A stretch of 64,000 nt of DNA from an uncultured Novosphingobium sp. Its GTDB lineage: Bacteria; Pseudomonadota; Alphaproteobacteria; Sphingomonadales; Sphingomonadaceae. A program made the position numbers and the translations under genes. Of the stretch, positions 63,195 to 64,000 are shown in pieces; positions within the stretch are counted from its first letter, which is position 1; the number at the start of each line of letters is the position of its first letter. The notes under the pieces are model-generated. The model made no database searches. It was not told the DNA's origin and worked only from the letters and a program-made list of their open reading frames with translations. The stretch is from assembly GCA_964621355.1 (NCBI GenBank), contig CAZUOV010000010.1, forward strand, positions 4,364 through 68,363. Direction: 5' to 3'.

Positions 63195-64000
63195 ATGCAT
63201 CCTTGCGTCATCGCACATCAAACGCCCGATAAGCCCGCTGTCATCATGGCCGGCAGCGGCGCTATCGTAACTTACGGGCAACTGGAAGTGCGCTCCAACC
63301 AGTGCGCGCATCTCTTTCGCAGCATCGGCCTGAGGCGCGGCGACGTGATCGCGCTGCTGCTGGATAACGTTGCCGAGTTTTTCGAACTGGTCTGGGGCGC
63401 GCAACGGGCCGGCCTCTATTATGTCTGCATATCCAACCGGCTGGTCGCGTCCGAAGTGGCGTTCATTCTGGCCGACAGCGCCGCGCGGGTGCTGGTGACG
63501 GGTGCGGATGTCGATCCCGCCGTGATCGAAGAGGCGCGCCGTCTGGAAGTGACGGTATTCACGCTCGGCCCGGCCGCGAATGCCGCCGTGCCCGACCTGC
63601 TTTCCGCCCGCGCGGTGTTTCCCGAAACCCCGATCTTCGATGAGAGTCCGGGTAACGACATGCTCTATTCATCGGGCACGACAGGGCGGCCCAAAGGCAT
63701 CAAGCCGCCGCTGCCCGAAGGCCCGCTCGCGCAGACCAATCCCCTCACGGAACTGGGGCGGACGGTCTACGGCATGGACGCCGATACCATTTTCCTGTCG
63801 CCCGCGCCGCTCTATCACGCGGCGCCTCTGCGCTGGTGCATGAGTGTCCACAAGCTGGGCGCCACTGTCATCGCGATGGAAAAGTTCGACGCGGAAGCGG
63901 CGCTGGCGCTGATCGCGCGGCATCGCGCTACGCATGCGCAATGGGTGCCGACGCATTTCGTGCGGATGCTCAAGCTCGATCCGTCCGTTCGCGCGCGATA
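63195..64000 (+). CDS. Acyl-CoA synthetase (partial, runs off the window)
   Basis: MHPCVIAHQTPDKPAVIM, MLYSSGTTGRPKG AMP-binding motif, PAPLYH, VPTHFVRML. Confidence 0.92.
   Translation, partial: MHPCVIAHQTPDKPAVIMAGSGAIVTYGQLEVRSNQCAHLFRSIGLRRGDVIALLLDNVAEFFELVWGAQRAGLYYVCISNRLVASEVAFILADSAARVLVTGADVDPAVIEEARRLEVTVFTLGPAANAAVPDLLSARAVFPETPIFDESPGNDMLYSSGTTGRPKGIKPPLPEGPLAQTNPLTELGRTVYGMDADTIFLSPAPLYHAAPLRWCMSVHKLGATVIAMEKFDAEAALALIARHRATHAQWVPTHFVRMLKLDPSVRAR

Overview
GC-rich alphaproteobacterial chromosome segment, most likely Sphingomonadales. This is inferred from the purM-purN, hdaA-cysE-DUF2794 and lptD-surA-pdxA-rsmA arrangements, a GAAC-N7-GAAC LexA box and a TonB-dependent receptor. 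The centre (about 5-40 kb) is housekeeping: gatB, rsmA/pdxA/surA/lptD, pepA/holC/ndk, purN/M/S/Q/C, cysE, glmS/U, two M16 peptidases, a phosphate porin and a PAS-GGDEF-EAL protein. It is followed by a TetR-controlled EmrAB-OMF efflux operon, an imuA-imuB-dnaE2 SOS mutagenesis cassette and an ABC-F ATPase. Both ends look accessory. The left end has an uncharacterised Fe-S three-gene module plus a dehydrogenase/hydrolase pair. The right end has a probable sulfur-starvation module (YezD/OscA-like, YdeN hydrolase, TonB receptor) and a LysR-centred catabolic cluster (P450, acyl-CoA ligase, kinase, aldehyde dehydrogenase, epoxide-hydrolase-like protein). The most interesting signals are non-coding or tiny: a Met/Cys leader peptide (MRMTVCS) with a structured leader and four Rrf2-like operators, an MND* uORF that pairs with the ABC-F start codon, a candidate ~85-nt sRNA with a CtrA-like promoter, and a duplicated 41-bp LysR promoter module. 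No tRNA, rRNA, CRISPR array or mobile element was seen. All family assignments come from reading motifs by eye; no database search was run.
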